Shown here: piece by piece, positions 60,396 to 64,000 of the stretch | How the letters are laid out: the number at the start of each line of letters is the position of its first letter | Numbering within the stretch: position 1 is the stretch's first letter | Virus record (IMG/VR): IMGVR_UViG_3300031993_000033 | Location: 40,705-104,704 of that record | DNA length: 64,000 nt | From: a virus | Taxonomy: Duplodnaviria > Caudoviricetes | Direction: 5' to 3' (one strand) | Position numbers and translations under genes: made by a program | Notes under the pieces: generated by a model | The model's input: only the letters and a program-made list of their open reading frames with translations | Database searches by the model: none | What the model was told of the DNA's origin: nothing

Positions 60396-62246
60396 TCAGA
60401 AACTCATGTAAATGTTTATATCACTTATGTCGCAGCACTCAGCCCACGTAAACGTAAAGGTTGTCGGTCTTGCTGTGTTGCTTTCATCGTATGTAGTTGT
60501 GGGAGCCTCAGTGATATTAACTACCCACACATCGCCTTTAGGGGATTTAAGCATGAATATAGCGTTCTGCGTGATAAAATTGCGCCATGCCCTTACCATA
60601 TCTACCGTGTCCACAAACTTCTTGCTCACGCAGTCCACATAGCCCATCATCGCTGAAATCGTTCCAGACGAATAATTAGGATTGCCAGAAGATACTGTCG
60701 AGTATTTGCCGTGACCTACGTGCGAAACTCTGTCTATATTCTGTGTCACGGTTGTGTCCTGTATTTCGCCCACAAACTTCCAACAATCACCTATATCGTA
60801 AAACTGAATGTCGTATGGGTGAGAACCGTAGTTCTGGTCGTAATGTGGAACAAGAGCCGTTATGGAATATCCCTCCATAGCAGTTGCATAATCAGCGTGA
60901 GCCATGCAGTTGACATACGGCGTTCCGTTTTTCTGCCTTGCCACATAGATATATTCAAAGTCACCCTTGCAAGGAACAAAATAATCAGTGAACTTTTCAA
61001 GTCTTGCGCCCTGTCTGTGCCACGCACTCTGTACAAATGCGACCTCGCCTGTCTCTTTGTTGCGCCGATAAAGAGTGTGAATAATGTCTGATGAGTTGTC
61101 TGGAACGTCAGCACTAAAAGCGACATTGATTTGTAAAGCATGGTGAGTCGCTAAACCCGTTTCAGGTTTGCAATCGGGAGTGTCTGCGTTTAACTCCTCA
61201 AACGTTATGCCACTTGGCGATACGATTTCGGTAGTGTTTTGGCTGAGATTTATCTTTGCGTAACTTTCAAGCTCTACGCCGTCTTGTGTGACAACCACGC
61301 ACTTAACTCTGTAATATTGGTGAGATAAGCTGTATGTCTTGTCTACCGTGTTATAACCCATAAAGGGATTGTAGAACTTCCAAGATATTCGCTGTGAGTA
61401 TATCTCAGGCGTAGTTTCAAGCAACCTCCAACCGTCGCTATCAACGGCAATATCATTCCTAAACCACGAAAGTTCCATGCGCCAACTCTTTATCATTACG
61501 CCCTCAATCTGAAAATAACTGCCGTCTACGTCTATGGATGCAAGTACGTTGTAATGAGCATTAGCCATAGTCAACTCGTTTTCAGGGGTTGTCCTGCACA
61601 TGAAATAATACTGTGGCGTTACCAGATAGTTGCTGTATATGACATATCTATAACCAGCAAGTGGGGGATAACTAAACGCCGTTGCAACCGTTACCTCTCC
61701 TGTGTTGTAGTTATAACTTGCAATCTTTCGTGACTCTGTGATAATCTCACCATTGTTTTCTATCGCAACCTCTATATTCATCTGTGAAAAATCAAGGTCG
61801 TTATATCTTGTAGGCGTTTTCACGTTATCACTATCCCACTCGTATATGTTGGGGATTTTGTCCGCTATATAAAAAGAGGTAGATGTGTTATGTGCTTTGA
61901 CTGTGCCACGCACAACAGGCATATCACACACGTTCTCTGAGCCGTTTGTTGTGCTTTGCGTGAACATCATCTGCATCACATAGTCATGCCCCACCTCTAA
62001 ATTTTCTCCGAAAGTGCCATGCTGAATATAGCCCATATAATCGCCGTTATAACCCAAAGGAAGTCTTGCGCCATTTACCTTATGGGCGTTTTCCACTTCC
62101 TCACCTGTGGCATAGTCGCATATCTTCCAACTAATGGACGTTAGTATGTCGCCATTAAATACGAATTTTAAGTCATTATTATCATCCGCAACCGTAGGAT
62201 CAAATGCCACATTCTGCGGATATACATTTGTTGGGAATTGAAGCAT
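60396..62246 (-). CDS. tail-associated structural protein
   Basis: 616 aa immediately downstream of the putative tape measure gene. Confidence 0.6.
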   Translation of the reverse strand: MLQFPTNVYPQNVAFDPTVADDNNDLKFVFNGDILTSISWKICDYATGEEVENAHKVNGARLPLGYNGDYMGYIQHGTFGENLEVGHDYVMQMMFTQSTTNGSENVCDMPVVRGTVKAHNTSTSFYIADKIPNIYEWDSDNVKTPTRYNDLDFSQMNIEVAIENNGEIITESRKIASYNYNTGEVTVATAFSYPPLAGYRYVIYSNYLVTPQYYFMCRTTPENELTMANAHYNVLASIDVDGSYFQIEGVMIKSWRMELSWFRNDIAVDSDGWRLLETTPEIYSQRISWKFYNPFMGYNTVDKTYSLSHQYYRVKCVVVTQDGVELESYAKINLSQNTTEIVSPSGITFEELNADTPDCKPETGLATHHALQINVAFSADVPDNSSDIIHTLYRRNKETGEVAFVQSAWHRQGARLEKFTDYFVPCKGDFEYIYVARQKNGTPYVNCMAHADYATAMEGYSITALVPHYDQNYGSHPYDIQFYDIGDCWKFVGEIQDTTVTQNIDRVSHVGHGKYSTVSSGNPNYSSGTISAMMGYVDCVSKKFVDTVDMVRAWRNFITQNAIFMLKSPKGDVWVVNITEAPTTTYDESNTARPTTFTFTWAECCDISDINIYMSF

Positions 62247-62268
62247 TATCTCCCTCCTTATAAAGTTA

Positions 62269-62293
62269 GAGAGCCACCCCGAAAGATGGCTCT
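62269..62293 (-). terminator. hairpin between tail genes
   Basis: GAGAGCCA...TGGCTCTC. Confidence 0.4.
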
Positions 62294-62300
62294 CACTATG

Positions 62301-64000
62301 TTATTGATATACCTTGTTCTCTGTCAGTTTTGTCTGCCAGTAGCGATTGATTTGAGTCTCAAACGCTTGTGCAAACTCAACTGGATTTTGCACTCCGTTT
62401 ATCTCTATATTGGAGATATTGAAGTTGGTAGTTGCCGCCAAATTCTTATTAACGGCATTTGCAAGATAGCCTTGCGGTGAACTCAAAGCGGTAGGCGTTG
62501 TGTAAGCTACGTCTGGGATAGACATATCTCTTGCACCATGCAATACACTTTTCCAAGAAAGCCCAGTATTCTTGGCGGTTTCATCACTCAACTTGCCCGT
62601 AATAGCAAACTGAGCAATTGCCTTTAAGTAATCAAATGCACCGCCTTTTTTCTCAAAGAGGTCTAAAAGCTTGCCTATCTTGGAGGCTGTTGCACTTATT
62701 CCGCTTGCTAAATCGCTGAGAGAACTTGCGCCGCTTGATATGCCACTCGCAACAGATGTACTGCCGGTCATTCCAGCCGCCGCACTTGATAAGTTGTTTA
62801 TCTTTGCAGTTGTAGCGTCTATGTCTTTTTGTGTATCTACAATTTGAGATACCACTTTTTTGTAGTTAGCCACAAAAGTGTTGAGATTGTTTATGCGAGT
62901 CTCTTGCGTAGAGTTCTCGTCAATCTGTATGGTATTGAGATATTTGCTATAATCCTCATTGGCGTTCTTCAGTGCAGTTGCCGCATCCTGAATAGAGGTC
63001 TTATAATCCTTCCAAGAGTTTATTTCTTTTTGCTTTGCCTTTATACTCTTGTCCAAATCAGTCATCTCTATCTTGGTGAGCCTACTCAGGCTGCTCTCGT
63101 AATTCTGGTAAGCCTTTTGGAACTGCTGTACAGTCTCAGTGTCCTTGTTCTTGATTTTGTCTCGCCAGTCAGAGCCGAGAATTTCTTGTGCAAGCTGTTC
63201 TTCCTCAGCCTCAGTGATTTCGTCCGTAGACTTCTTCCACAGTTTGGCATAGTCCTCATAACTCTTAATACGCTCGTCAAAGCCCTCAGTTGCCTTTTCT
63301 TTTTCAGCCTCTAAAGCCTTGATTTTCTCGCTGTTTTCAAAACTGTCAAGCTCATTCTGCGCTTTCTTTAAAGCATCTTGGTCTACAACGTATTCAAAAC
63401 CACGCTCCTCGCTGTAAACACGCACCTTGTTATTCTTGGCGTTGGCGAGGTTAGCAAGCTTTTGCTCACGCTCTATCGCAGTTTCACGCTCGTCATTCTG
63501 AGCCTTGAGTTGTTTGATTTGCTCGTCGTAGTATTCTTCAATCGCCTTGCGTTCTTCCTCTATCGCCTCTATCTGCTTGTCAATAGTGGAAGTTACAACG
63601 TCTTGAACGGTTTTGTAGTGGTCGAGGATTTCTTCAAGGTTTTCTTTTTGCTCCTCTAAAGCCTCTTTCTGCTTTTCAAGAACGTCAAGTTCTGCCTCTC
63701 GCTTGGAGATAATGTTGTCAATGGTAGATGTCTGCGCTTTGAGCAAGCCGTCAGCTTCTTTGTTGAGAGCGTCGAGTTCAGCATTAAGCCGCTTGAGGAT
63801 TGCCTCTTGCATAGCTTGGGTGTTGATTAGGTCGCCGGTTTTAGATGTAAGCTCGGCAATATACAAAGACTCATTTTTGATGGTGTAGTTATAAGCCTCC
63901 ATTGCTGCATTATCACCTTCAATAGCAGTCTCCAAAGCCTCAATTTTTGCAATGAGTTCCCTATAATACTTTTCGTCAGCAGCCGAGTTTATGCCGTTTG
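62301..64000 (-). CDS. tape measure protein, C-terminal part (probably runs off the window)
   Basis: long coiled coil; FNISNIEINGVQNP C-terminus. Confidence 0.65.
   Translation of the reverse strand, partial: NGINSAADEKYYRELIAKIEALETAIEGDNAAMEAYNYTIKNESLYIAELTSKTGDLINTQAMQEAILKRLNAELDALNKEADGLLKAQTSTIDNIISKREAELDVLEKQKEALEEQKENLEEILDHYKTVQDVVTSTIDKQIEAIEEERKAIEEYYDEQIKQLKAQNDERETAIEREQKLANLANAKNNKVRVYSEERGFEYVVDQDALKKAQNELDSFENSEKIKALEAEKEKATEGFDERIKSYEDYAKLWKKSTDEITEAEEEQLAQEILGSDWRDKIKNKDTETVQQFQKAYQNYESSLSRLTKIEMTDLDKSIKAKQKEINSWKDYKTSIQDAATALKNANEDYSKYLNTIQIDENSTQETRINNLNTFVANYKKVVSQIVDTQKDIDATTAKINNLSSAAAGMTGSTSVASGISSGASSLSDLASGISATASKIGKLLDLFEKKGGAFDYLKAIAQFAITGKLSDETAKNTGLSWKSVLHGARDMSIPDVAYTTPTALSSPQGYLANAVNKNLAATTNFNISNIEINGVQNPVEFAQAFETQINRYWQTKLTENKVYQ

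Noticed and set aside
47776-64000. Plus-strand ORFs in the late region and minus-strand ORFs in 1-47 kb (other than 25442-25654)
   Set aside because: Antisense shadows of longer RBS-supported genes

Overview
This is 64 kb of a large tailed phage or prophage of a Firmicutes host. A phage-borne dockerin motif and the endolysin style point to Ruminococcus or a related Clostridia host (inference). The + strand (1-47.7 kb) carries, in order: small early ORFs, a tyrosine recombinase and a ParB-like gene, a tRNA cluster, accessory ORFs, replication genes (Sak-like SSAP, SSB, PD-(D/E)XK nuclease, primase-helicase, DnaE), a DNA-modification island (PAPS-reductase family, several MTases, radical SAM), a solo TnpB, and nucleotide metabolism genes (ThyX, dNMP kinase, intein-containing NrdD, NrdG, dUTPase). 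The - strand (47.8-64 kb) carries lysis genes, an uncharacterised late cluster, tail genes and the probable end of the tape measure gene. Four signals stand out. (1) About 25 palindromic WTDAAA-N6-TTTHAW sites sit at accessory-gene boundaries, some with an auxiliary ACGTAGAATAGCC box at fixed spacing, suggesting an integron-like cassette system. (2) One pair of these sites with matching spacers flanks an inverted segment that splits a PAPS-reductase-family gene. (3) A split C5 methyltransferase has nine target-recognition-domain modules, mostly separate mini-genes, each with its own poly-G switch. (4) A strand-biased (C)GGAAA motif saturates 0.6-9.5 kb. All counts are by eye and no database searches were run.
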